Below, in pieces: positions 1-8,976 of a DNA stretch of 64,000 nucleotides. Under the pieces are notes generated by a model, which made no database searches, had not been told where the DNA came from, and was given only the letters and a program-made list of their open reading frames with translations. Each line of letters opens with the position of its first letter. Within the stretch, counting starts at the first letter, position 1. The stretch comes from Acutalibacteraceae bacterium (GTDB lineage: Bacteria > Bacillota > Clostridia > Oscillospirales > Acutalibacteraceae). A program made the position numbers and the translations under genes. Location of the stretch: positions 49,342-113,341 of the forward strand of contig JAZREF010000026.1 in the NCBI GenBank assembly GCA_045660625.1, read 5' to 3'.

Positions 1-1152
1 AGTCATAGCGCCATCATTGTTACCGCCGTTGTTGGTGGTGTAAGCATCCACAACCAACAGATTCTTCATGGAAACAGTGGTGCTCATAATCAGCTCGGCG
101 TAGTTGAAGGTCTTGGTCTCGGTGATGTCATCATCCAGAGAAACCAGAACCTCAACATCCATAGTGCCATCGGCAAACATAGCAGGATCCATCTCCTGGT
201 TGCCTGCAGCGTTGCCGGTGCTGATCACGGTGGTATTGCTGGGATCGTTGGGCTTGAACTCGCGGAAGCTCACGTCGGAAACCTGCCAGGTGCCACCATT
301 CTCATAGTACTGAGCGGTGCCGACCACGCGGACGCGGTTACCCACAGCCAGGTTGTTCAGCAGAGCGCCGGTCTCAAAGCCATAGTACACGGCCATACCG
401 TAGTACATATCGGTATCCTCGTCGTACTCCTCAACGTAAACAGAGTTGTTATTGTTGCGGGTCACGACGCCCTCAAAAGCAACCTTGCGGTTCTCGTACA
501 AGGAAATGTTGGTACGCAGATCCTTCAGGGTGACCTGATAAGCATCGCCGTAGTAGAAACCGGGATCCTTCTCGCCGGAGAAGACGTGCAGTTTCTCGCG
601 CTTAGCCTGCTGGAAAGCATTGGAAGCAGCCTGGCCGTAGAGATCATCCACGGTACCGCAAGCAATGGACAGACCATTCTGGATCAGCTCCAGGTTCAGG
701 CAGCGATAATCGGCGTCGTCGGTAGGCTTGTACCACACGTACACCAGATGACGGCCACCAGAGGAGTCCATATTCCACTTGTCGTCGTTGGACTCGACCA
801 TAATGGCGGCGGCGTTCATCAGCTTCTCCTTGGTGAAGGAGGAAGCCTTCTTACCCCACTCCTCAATCTTACCGGTGGATTCGGGGGTGTTAACGCCCAT
901 GTAGCGAGCCTTCAGCACGCCGCCCTCGGCGACGTCGTTAGGCACGTTGAAGTGAGTGGTGTCACCATCGATGTAAGCATGGACGGTGACTTCCAACTTC
1001 TTGGTGTTGGAGTTCAGATCCAACTTAGTCTTCTCCACGTAGTCCACGAAGGTGGGACCCTCGGAGCCATCATTGGAATCCCCGCCGCAACCGGCTGTGC
1101 ATGCAACCAGCATGCACAGCACGGCCAGGAGAGAAATCCATCTCTTCATCAT
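1..1152 (-). CDS. Secreted thermonuclease (staphylococcal-nuclease/SNase-like) lipoprotein; 3' end cut by window edge
   Basis: Not in the ORF track because it runs off the edge. My translation from ATG 1152 gives MMKRWISLLAVLCMLVACTAGCGG (lipobox), then ...VHAYIDGDTTHFNV..ARYMGVNTPES..EWGKKASSFTKEKL..GGRHLVWVWY..LELIQNGLS. These match the SNase blocks (DGDT; R-x-x-G-V-[DN]-TPE; GR-x-L-x-[YW]). The start could lie as far up as 1170. Confidence 0.75.
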   Translation of the reverse strand, partial: MMKRWISLLAVLCMLVACTAGCGGDSNDGSEGPTFVDYVEKTKLDLNSNTKKLEVTVHAYIDGDTTHFNVPNDVAEGGVLKARYMGVNTPESTGKIEEWGKKASSFTKEKLMNAAAIMVESNDDKWNMDSSGGRHLVYVWYKPTDDADYRCLNLELIQNGLSIACGTVDDLYGQAASNAFQQAKREKLHVFSGEKDPGFYYGDAYQVTLKDLRTNISLYENRKVAFEGVVTRNNNNSVYVEEYDEDTDMYYGMAVYYGFETGALLNNLAVGNRVRVVGTAQYYENGGTWQVSDVSFREFKPNDPSNTTVISTGNAAGNQEMDPAMFADGTMDVEVLVSLDDDITETKTFNYAELIMSTTVSMKNLLVVDAYTTNNGGNNDGAMT

Positions 1153-1169
1153 TTTAACATTCATATGCA

Positions 1170-2591
1170 TTAGTACTCACACTCTTCCAGAGCTTCCTTG
1201 AACGCCTTATTGATCAGAGCGTCCACCTCAGCGTCGCTGTTAGCGGGAGAACCCAGACACTTCAGCATCAGCTTACCGGCCTCCTCACGAGCGGTGGAGG
1301 AACCGTTGAAAGCGGGAGACACGAAGTAGTCGTCACGGCCCTGGATACCAACGTAAACGCACTGGGGAATCAGGTACTCCTTACCATTGCGGTTGCCCAG
1401 CCACTGCTTGTAGTACTCATTCTCAACGACAGACTCCAGAACGGGCATGTAACCGGAGGTCATGGAGAACTCAGCCTGGAAATCAACATTGGTGCACAGG
1501 AACTTGACGAACAGCCAAGAAGCGATGACCTGCTCATCGGTGGTGTCCTTGCCCTTCAGGATGCACAGGCTGGGACCCTGAGAGATGGTCTTCTTGTTGT
1601 TGGTATCAGCCTGAGGAATGGGAGCAACGCCAACCTCGAAAGCGAAGCTACCGTCAGCAGTGTCGTTGTTGGACATCTGATAAGAAGCACCGCCGGAGGA
1701 ACCGACGCACATATAGCAACGCTTATCGGTGGTCTCAACGAACAGGTTGGAGGTGTAGCTACCGTACAGCTCCTGGGTGGTGAAGTAACCCTTCTGATAG
1801 TACTCACGCAGCTCCTTAACGATGGCCTTGTTCTCATCGTTGTTGAAGAGATACTCGCCGCCATTGTCAGCGCTGGTGAAGCCGGTCTTCATCTGCTCGC
1901 ACAGGGTGATGAACCAGTTGTCCTCAGAGTCGTAACCCAAGGGATAATCGTTGGGGCGCAGCTCCTTGATCTTGGCGCAGGTAGCCCACAGCTCGTCCCA
2001 AGTGGTGGGAACGGACAGGTTGTTCTCCTCAAAGAAGGTCTTGTCATAGTACAGAACCTCGGTGGACTTGCTCAGGGGCATGGTGTACATCTTGTCGTCG
2101 CCGTAAACCTTACCCTCGTTGTAGTAGGACTTCACGAAGTCGTCCTTCTGAGCCTGGGTCAGACCGATAACCTCGCCCTCCAGACCGATAACCTCAGCAT
2201 CACTGTCGATCAGGTCATCCAAAATGACAACAGACTTAGCGATGTTGTACATAGCCACGTGGTCGGGATAGTTGTAAGCGATGTTGGGAGGGCTACCGCC
2301 GGCAATCTCAGTGTTGATCTGGCCGTTGATATCGCCCCAACCACCAGCGGACTGATGGGTGATGGTGATGTTGGGATAGATTTTGTTGAACTCTGCAATG
2401 TAGGTGTTCAGAACCTCCTGCAGCTTCTGACCCATGGTATGGGTGAAGGTGATCTCAACGGAAGTGTCCTTGTCGAAAGGCTGCACGTTAACAGTGTTGT
2501 CAACGCCGGAGCCTCTTCTGCAGCCTGCCATGGTGCAAATGCTGAACAGCATCACAACAGCCAACAGAACAGAAAGAATTTTTTTCTGCAT
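1170..2591 (-). CDS. ABC transporter extracellular solute-binding lipoprotein (family 1, sugar type)
   Basis: 473-aa ORF with lipobox MQKKILSVLLAVVMLFSICTMAGC. Size and composition fit family-1 SBPs. It sits directly downstream of two MalFG-type permeases and a MalK-type ATPase. Confidence 0.85.
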   Translation of the reverse strand: MQKKILSVLLAVVMLFSICTMAGCRRGSGVDNTVNVQPFDKDTSVEITFTHTMGQKLQEVLNTYIAEFNKIYPNITITHQSAGGWGDINGQINTEIAGGSPPNIAYNYPDHVAMYNIAKSVVILDDLIDSDAEVIGLEGEVIGLTQAQKDDFVKSYYNEGKVYGDDKMYTMPLSKSTEVLYYDKTFFEENNLSVPTTWDELWATCAKIKELRPNDYPLGYDSEDNWFITLCEQMKTGFTSADNGGEYLFNNDENKAIVKELREYYQKGYFTTQELYGSYTSNLFVETTDKRCYMCVGSSGGASYQMSNNDTADGSFAFEVGVAPIPQADTNNKKTISQGPSLCILKGKDTTDEQVIASWLFVKFLCTNVDFQAEFSMTSGYMPVLESVVENEYYKQWLGNRNGKEYLIPQCVYVGIQGRDDYFVSPAFNGSSTAREEAGKLMLKCLGSPANSDAEVDALINKAFKEALEECEY

Positions 2592-2638
2592 ATGAATCGT
2601 TCCTCTCTAAAAAATATATAACAAGCACGATGTGCTTA

Positions 2639-3547
2639 TTAACCCTTGATACCGCTGCGGCTGACGCCCTTCATAATGTACTTGCGCAAGAACAAGAACA
2701 CCAGGAACAACGGAGCGGACACGATGGCAACGGCGGCCATCTGGACGGGAATCTCGGTCTGACCGTTCACGTCGGTAAATGCGTTACGCAAACCGTTGGT
2801 AATCAGACGGTGAGCCTCGTCGTTGGCAACCAGCTTGGGCCACACGTAAGAGTTCCAAGCGCCCATCATCTTGAGGATGGTGATGGAGATTAACGTGGGC
2901 AGCGCCAGAGGAATCATCACCTTCCACAGGTACTTGAAATCCTTGGTGCCGTCAACCTTGGCAGCCAGATACAACTCATTGGGAATCTGCATGAAATTCT
3001 GTCGCAGCAGATAAATGTAGAACACGCTCACCAGGAAGGGAACAATCAGCGCGGTAAAGGTGTTCTTCCACTGCAGGTCACTAACGGTAATGTAGTTAGT
3101 GATGGTGAACAACTCGCCGGGCAGCATCATCGTGGCCAGCAGCAGACCGAACAGGGTCTCCTTGCCCTTAAACTCAAGACGAGCAAAGGCAAACGCGGAC
3201 AGGATGGTGATCACCAAACTCAGCAGGGTGGAAACCACACCCACGTACAGGGTGTTCATAAACAGCGTACCCAGATTAGCCTGGGAGAAGGCGCGAGCAT
3301 AGTTGCTCCACATCACCTCATGGGGCCAGAAGGTGGGAATCGCCTGGCGATACTCACTGCTGGTCTTCAAGGAGGAGATAATCATCCAGTAGAAGGGGAA
3401 CAGAACGATCACGGCCATAATCAGCAAAAACGCATAGGTGCAGGTTTTTGCCATAACCGTACGAATCTTCTGACTGGTGGAAACCAATCGCATATCACGC
3501 GCCTGCATCACATTATTAGCATCAGTAATTTTAGACATAGGCGTCAC
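2639..3547 (-). CDS. ABC transporter permease (MalG/UgpE-like)
   Basis: 302 aa with multiple TM segments. EAA-loop-like AAKVDGTKDFKYLWKVMIPLALP. SD AGAGGTGA lies upstream of ATG 3547. Confidence 0.85.
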   Translation of the reverse strand: MTPMSKITDANNVMQARDMRLVSTSQKIRTVMAKTCTYAFLLIMAVIVLFPFYWMIISSLKTSSEYRQAIPTFWPHEVMWSNYARAFSQANLGTLFMNTLYVGVVSTLLSLVITILSAFAFARLEFKGKETLFGLLLATMMLPGELFTITNYITVSDLQWKNTFTALIVPFLVSVFYIYLLRQNFMQIPNELYLAAKVDGTKDFKYLWKVMIPLALPTLISITILKMMGAWNSYVWPKLVANDEAHRLITNGLRNAFTDVNGQTEIPVQMAAVAIVSAPLFLVFLFLRKYIMKGVSRSGIKG

Positions 3548-3550
3548 CTC

Positions 3551-4501
3551 TTAATAATGGACGAGTTTCTTGATGCCGTAGTTGTTGATCAACGTCACCA
3601 AGAGGATGATACCGAACAGAACCAGAGCGCCGGCACTGGCCAAGCCCTGAGAATCCTTTTCGATAGCATTGTACACATATCCAACCATGGTATTCAACAA
3701 GCCGGGCTCGTGGGTGGGACCCATCTTATCACCGAAGATACCGATGATGCTGGAATATTCCTTGAAACCACCGATGAAACCGGTAATGATAACGTAAGCC
3801 AGCATGGGAGACAGCAGCGGAACCGTCACACGAGTCAGAACACGCCACTTGGGAGTGCTATCCACCTTGGCGGCGTCGTAGTACTGCTTGTTAATGCTCT
3901 GCAGACCGCCCAGCAGGATCAGAATCTTGAAGGGCAGTGCGTTCCACACGATGTAAACGATCATGACGATCATATTCGCCGTGTAAGTAGACTCCTGGTT
4001 GATCCAGCTGATGGGCTCGATGTTGAGCAGCTGCAGGAAGTTGTTAACAATACCCCAGTTGTCAGCAGAAACGGAACCGTCAGTGAAAGAACCGCTGAAA
4101 CCGACAATGTTAAACATGGCCGCGAACACCATACCGATAGCAATCGAGTTGGTGACGTAAGGCAGGAAGAAGATGGTCTGCAAGGTCTTCTGCAGGGGCT
4201 TGATGGAGTTCAGAGCTACCGCAATCAGCAGAGCCAAGATGGTGGAAATCGGAACGGTGGTCACGCACAGCAGAATGGTGTTCTTCAAGCACTGAGTAAA
4301 CTTACCGTACTGAAGCACCTTCTCGTAGTTACCCAGACCAAACTCAAAGGTAGCACCGCCGACCTCGCGCATAGCACCGTAACCTTCCAGGAAGGAGATG
4401 CGCACAGTATTAATAATAGGATACACAGTAAATACCAGCAGCAGGACAATCGCCGGCAGCAGGTACAACCATGCTTTCCATTGATGTTTACTTTCTACCA
4501 T
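3551..4501 (-). CDS. ABC transporter permease (MalF/UgpA-like)
   Basis: 316 aa with multiple TM segments. EAA loop AAKVDSTPKWRVLTRVTVPLLSP. Confidence 0.85.
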   Translation of the reverse strand: MVESKHQWKAWLYLLPAIVLLLVFTVYPIINTVRISFLEGYGAMREVGGATFEFGLGNYEKVLQYGKFTQCLKNTILLCVTTVPISTILALLIAVALNSIKPLQKTLQTIFFLPYVTNSIAIGMVFAAMFNIVGFSGSFTDGSVSADNWGIVNNFLQLLNIEPISWINQESTYTANMIVMIVYIVWNALPFKILILLGGLQSINKQYYDAAKVDSTPKWRVLTRVTVPLLSPMLAYVIITGFIGGFKEYSSIIGIFGDKMGPTHEPGLLNTMVGYVYNAIEKDSQGLASAGALVLFGIILLVTLINNYGIKKLVHY

Positions 4502-4502
4502 A

Positions 4503-5606
4503 TTAGTTCACCTCGTACAGGACGCGCTCCTCGGTCTCCTTATTGAAGAGGAAGAACTTGTGAGGCTTCACGTTGAAGCGGACAGTCTCCAGAGAAGTGT
4601 CAACCTTAATGTCGGAGTTGATAATGGCACGAATCACAGGGTTGATGGAAGCGGGATGGGTGCAAACCACGCTGGAGTCACGACCCATAACCTCAACGCT
4701 GTTCAGGGAGCAGGTCAGAGCGCCGTCAGCGGCAGGCTCAAGACCCTCGGGACGAATACCGATGTAAACCTCCTGATCCTCCACACCGGACACATTCAGC
4801 ACGGCGTCGTCACCGATGTAAACCACACCGGCCTCCACACGGCCCTCCAGCACGTTGATGGGAGGAGTACCCAAGAACTTAGCAACAAACAGGTTCTGAG
4901 GATCGTCGTACACAACCTGAGGAGCACCAATCTGCTGCACAACACCCAGCTTCATAACCACGATCATATCGGAAATGGACATAGCCTCTTCCTGGTCGTG
5001 AGTAACGAACACGGTGGTGATGCCGGTCTCCTTCTGGATGCGGCGGATCTCCTCACGGGTCTGCAGACGCAGACGAGCGTCCAGGTTGGACAGAGGCTCG
5101 TCCAGCAGCAGAACTCTGGGCATCTTAACCAGAGCACGGGCGATAGCAACACGCTGCTGCTGACCGCCGGACAACTCGCTGGGCTTGCGCTCCATCAGCT
5201 CATCAATCTGAACCAAACGGGCAGCCTCGTAAGCACGCTCCAGCATAGCCTTCTTGGACATCTTGTCCTTACCCTTCAGGTTCTGCAGGGGGAACAGAAT
5301 ATTCTGCTTAACAGTCATATGGGGATACAGAGCGTAGTTCTGGAACACCAGACCAATACCTCTATTCTCGGTGGACAGGTTGGTGACATCGTCATCACCG
5401 AAATAGATCTTGCCGGAGGTGGGCTTCTGCAGACCACTGATCATATACAGAGTGGTACTCTTACCGCAACCGGAGGGGCCCAGCAGACCGATCAGCTTGC
5501 CATCGGGGATCTCAAAATTGAAATCATTCACCGCGACAACTTCTTTGCCCGCCTTCTTATCTCGGCTGGGGAAGACTTTTGTCAAATTTTCCAAAACAAC
5601 TTTCAT
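4503..5606 (-). CDS. ABC transporter ATP-binding protein (MalK/MsmX/UgpC-like)
   Basis: Walker A GPSGCGKST, signature LSGGQQQRVAIARAL, Walker B LLLDEPLSNLD, plus a C-terminal regulatory extension. Confidence 0.9.
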   Translation of the reverse strand: MKVVLENLTKVFPSRDKKAGKEVVAVNDFNFEIPDGKLIGLLGPSGCGKSTTLYMISGLQKPTSGKIYFGDDDVTNLSTENRGIGLVFQNYALYPHMTVKQNILFPLQNLKGKDKMSKKAMLERAYEAARLVQIDELMERKPSELSGGQQQRVAIARALVKMPRVLLLDEPLSNLDARLRLQTREEIRRIQKETGITTVFVTHDQEEAMSISDMIVVMKLGVVQQIGAPQVVYDDPQNLFVAKFLGTPPINVLEGRVEAGVVYIGDDAVLNVSGVEDQEVYIGIRPEGLEPAADGALTCSLNSVEVMGRDSSVVCTHPASINPVIRAIINSDIKVDTSLETVRFNVKPHKFFLFNKETEERVLYEVN

Positions 5607-5647
5607 TTCTTTTCCCTTCCCTTATATAAAATTATTTCGGGTACCAA

Positions 5648-6421
5648 TTAATACGCAGCTCGCGCCGCTTCTTTTGCGTGGAGTTCTTTAATGTACTCCA
5701 GCTGCTCTTCTTTCGTCTCAAAGATCATCTGACTGGCGAAATCCACCGCCACAGTGCCCGCCAACACATCGTGCAGGAGAGCACCGTTCTTAGCGACAGC
5801 CAAGCAAAGGACCTGAGCGATTAACAGCACCAGCAGGACAGCGATGCCCACGATGCTGATTGAGCCAAACCAATAAAGGTTAATAAAGAGGAAGATGGGA
5901 ATCATCAATTCCACAGCATATTTGCCCAACACGGAGCGAACGAACATCTGCAAACGAGAGATCTTAACACCATCCACCCGCATCAGGGCGATGCCGAAAA
6001 TCTTTTTGCCCAACGTTTGTCCGTTGCCCAGCATATAGGGCACCAACAATTCCATCAGCAGCACGCCAAACAGCACACTGAAGGTGACGGTGAGCAGCGG
6101 TAAATGATTGGTCATATTGACCGCACGCATCAGGGATGCATCTTTGCTCATCGCTTGTTGCACCAATTGGTATTGCTGACGATAACTCTCTTTCTCAGCA
6201 TCGGTCATCGCCTCGTACTTTGCGTTGGACAAAGGCAACTCGATGCCATATTCCTCGCCGTACTGCTGGTACGCCGTCGTTACCTGCTCAGCATAGTCGT
6301 CGTATCCGAATACCGCCGTCAGACCGGTGGCCGCACCGGCAACAATGATCGCCAGGAGAATGAAATCAAACAAAGCCGCGGAGATACGCTTCCACAAACT
6401 GGCTTTCTGTAAATCAGTCAC
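5648..6421 (-). CDS. RDD-family membrane protein
   Basis: N-terminal WKRISAALFDFILL pattern and GQTLGKKIFGIALMRVDG loop, with several TM segments. This is a typical RDD-domain layout. Function unknown. Confidence 0.6.
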   Translation of the reverse strand: MTDLQKASLWKRISAALFDFILLAIIVAGAATGLTAVFGYDDYAEQVTTAYQQYGEEYGIELPLSNAKYEAMTDAEKESYRQQYQLVQQAMSKDASLMRAVNMTNHLPLLTVTFSVLFGVLLMELLVPYMLGNGQTLGKKIFGIALMRVDGVKISRLQMFVRSVLGKYAVELMIPIFLFINLYWFGSISIVGIAVLLVLLIAQVLCLAVAKNGALLHDVLAGTVAVDFASQMIFETKEEQLEYIKELHAKEAARAAY

Positions 6422-6433
6422 GCGCTCACCCCC

Positions 6434-7546
6434 TTACACCTGCAATTTACTGCAAATCTGGTCTACCGCCTGATCGCAGTAGTCAAATTTGACGGTGTAA
6501 TCGCAAATCTCGGTGTTACGCATTTCCATTTCGATGGAAAGCAGGCGATTCGCCTTGTCCTCGACGGTGGATTCCTTGTTCAGAATGTCGGTAATCAATT
6601 CGCGACGATCACGTTTCACAAAAATGGTCACGACGTGAGGGAACAGCGTCTTCAGCGACATAGCGCCACAGATATCCATCACTGTCAGTACGTGTTTGCC
6701 ATCCGAGAGGATACGCTCAACGTCTGCGCGCTTACAACCGTAGGAATGATGTGCGTAACGAGTGGATTCGAACAACTCTCCCCTATCGCACATCTGTCGG
6801 AACTCCTCTTCCGACACATAGTGGTAACCGGCGTCAGGGCGATTGGCCACCGATTCATCGGTGGTGTAGCTGATCAGCTTCTCAAAAGCATCCGAGCGTT
6901 TCAGCAAACCGCGCGCCACCTCGTTCTTGCCGCTTCCCGAAGGACCGACCAGCACCACGATGCTGGGCTCCTTCAGCGTAAAGGTGTCGGCATTAACACT
7001 GTAACTTCCGGCGATAACCTCGACCAGTTTCAAAAACTCGTCGTAATTGTTTACCGCCAAGATACCGGTAGCCTCCTGATTCCAGGGGCGACGCATCAAG
7101 ATGGGATAGGCCGCGGACGATTGGATCACATTATGCATGCCATCGTCAAACAAGATGTCCACGTCAATCTTGTCCTTACGAGAACCAATCAGGATGTGGT
7201 CCTGCGGAATCTCGGGAAACTCCTCAAGGATACGCTGAAAACGAAGGGTCATATACTCAGGCCACACAGCGGTAGAGATGAACACCTCAGTCATCTGCGA
7301 CAACTTCTGCACGAATTCACGTGCCCCCTTGATCGGAGGCTGATTGCGGAAAAACTCCGGGTCGTTCATAAACTCAAAGATCACATCTGCACGTGTACCC
7401 AAACGACCCCAGCGATTCACCTCGTGAATGGTCAGCGGAGGATCAAATTGATATTTTTCATTAGCCAGACGGATGGCGTATGGGACGCATTCCAGCAGGA
7501 GGTCGTCCACGTCCAACGCCGTCGATAGGCGAAAACTTCTATTCAT
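6434..7546 (-). CDS. Fusion protein: NT5C-type 5'(3')-deoxyribonucleotidase (HAD) + degenerate guanylate-kinase-like P-loop domain (paralog 1)
   Basis: The track ORF runs to 7624. I prefer ATG 7546 (MNRSFRLSTALDVDDLL) by alignment to the paralog. N-half: HAD motif I D-V-D-D and ILFDD. C-half: GPSGSGKN P-loop and a Gmk-like fold, but the Gmk S-x-TTR/PRPGE and lid RGRG motifs are replaced (SYTTDESVANRPD; ILNKESTVED). Confidence 0.75.
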   Translation of the reverse strand: MNRSFRLSTALDVDDLLLECVPYAIRLANEKYQFDPPLTIHEVNRWGRLGTRADVIFEFMNDPEFFRNQPPIKGAREFVQKLSQMTEVFISTAVWPEYMTLRFQRILEEFPEIPQDHILIGSRKDKIDVDILFDDGMHNVIQSSAAYPILMRRPWNQEATGILAVNNYDEFLKLVEVIAGSYSVNADTFTLKEPSIVVLVGPSGSGKNEVARGLLKRSDAFEKLISYTTDESVANRPDAGYHYVSEEEFRQMCDRGELFESTRYAHHSYGCKRADVERILSDGKHVLTVMDICGAMSLKTLFPHVVTIFVKRDRRELITDILNKESTVEDKANRLLSIEMEMRNTEICDYTVKFDYCDQAVDQICSKLQV

Positions 7547-7731
7547 AAACGCCTGCTTTCTCTCATAGGAAAATGAGGTTCTGCATTCCTGTGATAAAAC
7601 GCAAAATAGCACATAGGACCTCACAGTAAGCCTATTATGATTTATGTTATCACAACGGCATCAAAAACGCAAGCATATTTTTGTAGTTTTACAAAGATTT
7701 GCGTCGTTTTTACAGCACCAAAAAATAATTC

Positions 7732-7760
7732 TTGTCAACCAACGCACTTTTATGTATAAT
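7732..7760 (+). promoter_or_regulatory. Sigma-A-type promoter for NT5C-GK paralog 2
   Basis: TTGTCA (7732-7737), 17-nt spacer, TATAAT (7755-7760). Confidence 0.55.
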
Positions 7761-7770
7761 GAATTACTAC

Positions 7771-7807
7771 CCAATCACGTCGAAAAGGCGAGCAACTGCG
7801 TGATTGG
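7771..7807 (+). promoter_or_regulatory. 5'-leader stem-loop (9-bp perfect stem)
   Basis: CCAATCACG (7771-7779) pairs with CGTGATTGG (7799-7807). It lies between the -10 box and the RBS. Confidence 0.4.
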
Positions 7808-7837
7808 ATGAATACAACGAAAAAAGGAGGCCCTCAG

Positions 7838-8950
7838 ATGAGCAGAAAATATCGCCTTGCAACCGCGCTGGACGTAGACGATTTATTGATGGAATGCACC
7901 GCCTACGCCATTCGCTTGGCAAACGAAAAGCACCACTTCGATCCCCCAATGTCTATTTACGAAAAATCGACCTGGGGACCTATCGGATCTCGCATCGACA
8001 CCATTTACGATTACTTCAAAGATCCCGAGTTCTATCGTACGCAGCCGGCGTACAAAGGAGCCCGTGAATTCGTGCACAAATTGTCACAGATGACCGACGT
8101 GTACATTGCTACTGCCGTCCCCCCGGAATTCATGGGAATTCGCGCCGAACGCATCATGGAAGAGTTCCCTGAAATCCCCCGCGACCACATCTACATGGGC
8201 GCCGGAAAAGACAAGATCAAAGTGGACATTTTGTTCGACGACGCGATGCATAATATTGTCTCCTCCCCCGCCAAATTCCCCATTTTGATGCGCCGTCCCT
8301 GGAACCAAGAAGCCACCGGTTTGCTGGCAGTGAACAACTACGACGAATTCCTGAAATTGGTCGAAGTTATCGCCGACAGTTACAGTGTAAACGCAAACTC
8401 CTTTACACCCAAAAATCCCAGTGTTGTCGTGCTTGTAGGCCCCTCCGGCAGCGGTAAATCCAAGATTGCCGCCCAGCTGTTGAGCCAGACGGATAAGTTC
8501 GAAAAATTGATCAGTTACACCACCAATGACCCCACCGCAGTCGAGGTAAACGAGTGGTATAACTACGTTTCTTTGGACACTTTCCGTGAGATGTGCGACA
8601 GCGGTGAAATGTTCCAATCCACTATGTACGCAGGCCATGGTTATGGCTCTCGCAAAGCAGACGTGGAGGAGATTTTGTCGCAAGGAAAACGTGTTCTGAC
8701 CACGATGGATATCTGCGGAGCGATGTCACTTAAAACCAACTTCAAAAACGTCATCACCATCTACGTCAAACGCGACAAAAAAGCACTGATGCGCTCAATT
8801 CTGCGCAAAAATTCCTCCGACGAGGACAAGGTGAATCGCCTGATGGCCATCGAGCCCGAATTGCGCAACGAAAACTTGTGTGATTTTGTCATCGAATTCG
8901 ACACCTACGACCAGGCTGTTGAGCAATTGAAGGATATTTTGAAGATCTGA
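7838..8950 (+). CDS. Fusion protein: NT5C-type 5'(3')-deoxyribonucleotidase (HAD) + degenerate guanylate-kinase-like P-loop domain (paralog 2)
   Basis: The track ORF starts at 7808. AAGGAGG (7824-7830) lies 7 nt before ATG 7838 (MSRKYRLATALDVDDLL). Architecture matches 6434-7546: GPSGSGKS, SYTTNDPTAVEVN, ILRKNSSDED. Confidence 0.75.
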   Translation: MSRKYRLATALDVDDLLMECTAYAIRLANEKHHFDPPMSIYEKSTWGPIGSRIDTIYDYFKDPEFYRTQPAYKGAREFVHKLSQMTDVYIATAVPPEFMGIRAERIMEEFPEIPRDHIYMGAGKDKIKVDILFDDAMHNIVSSPAKFPILMRRPWNQEATGLLAVNNYDEFLKLVEVIADSYSVNANSFTPKNPSVVVLVGPSGSGKSKIAAQLLSQTDKFEKLISYTTNDPTAVEVNEWYNYVSLDTFREMCDSGEMFQSTMYAGHGYGSRKADVEEILSQGKRVLTTMDICGAMSLKTNFKNVITIYVKRDKKALMRSILRKNSSDEDKVNRLMAIEPELRNENLCDFVIEFDTYDQAVEQLKDILKI

Positions 8951-8976
8951 CGTGTGATTTGAAAGGGAGATTTCCA

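Noticed and set aside
586-1173. A 195-aa + ORF at the left edge
   Set aside because: The opposite strand encodes the SNase-like lipoprotein with clear catalytic blocks. The + ORF is its antisense shadow.
2592-2638. A small hairpin (AAGCAC-atc-GTGCTT, minus strand) with a T-run between the permease and SBP genes, considered as an internal terminator
   Set aside because: The stem is only 6 bp. It may modulate SBP stoichiometry, but the evidence is too weak to call it a feature.
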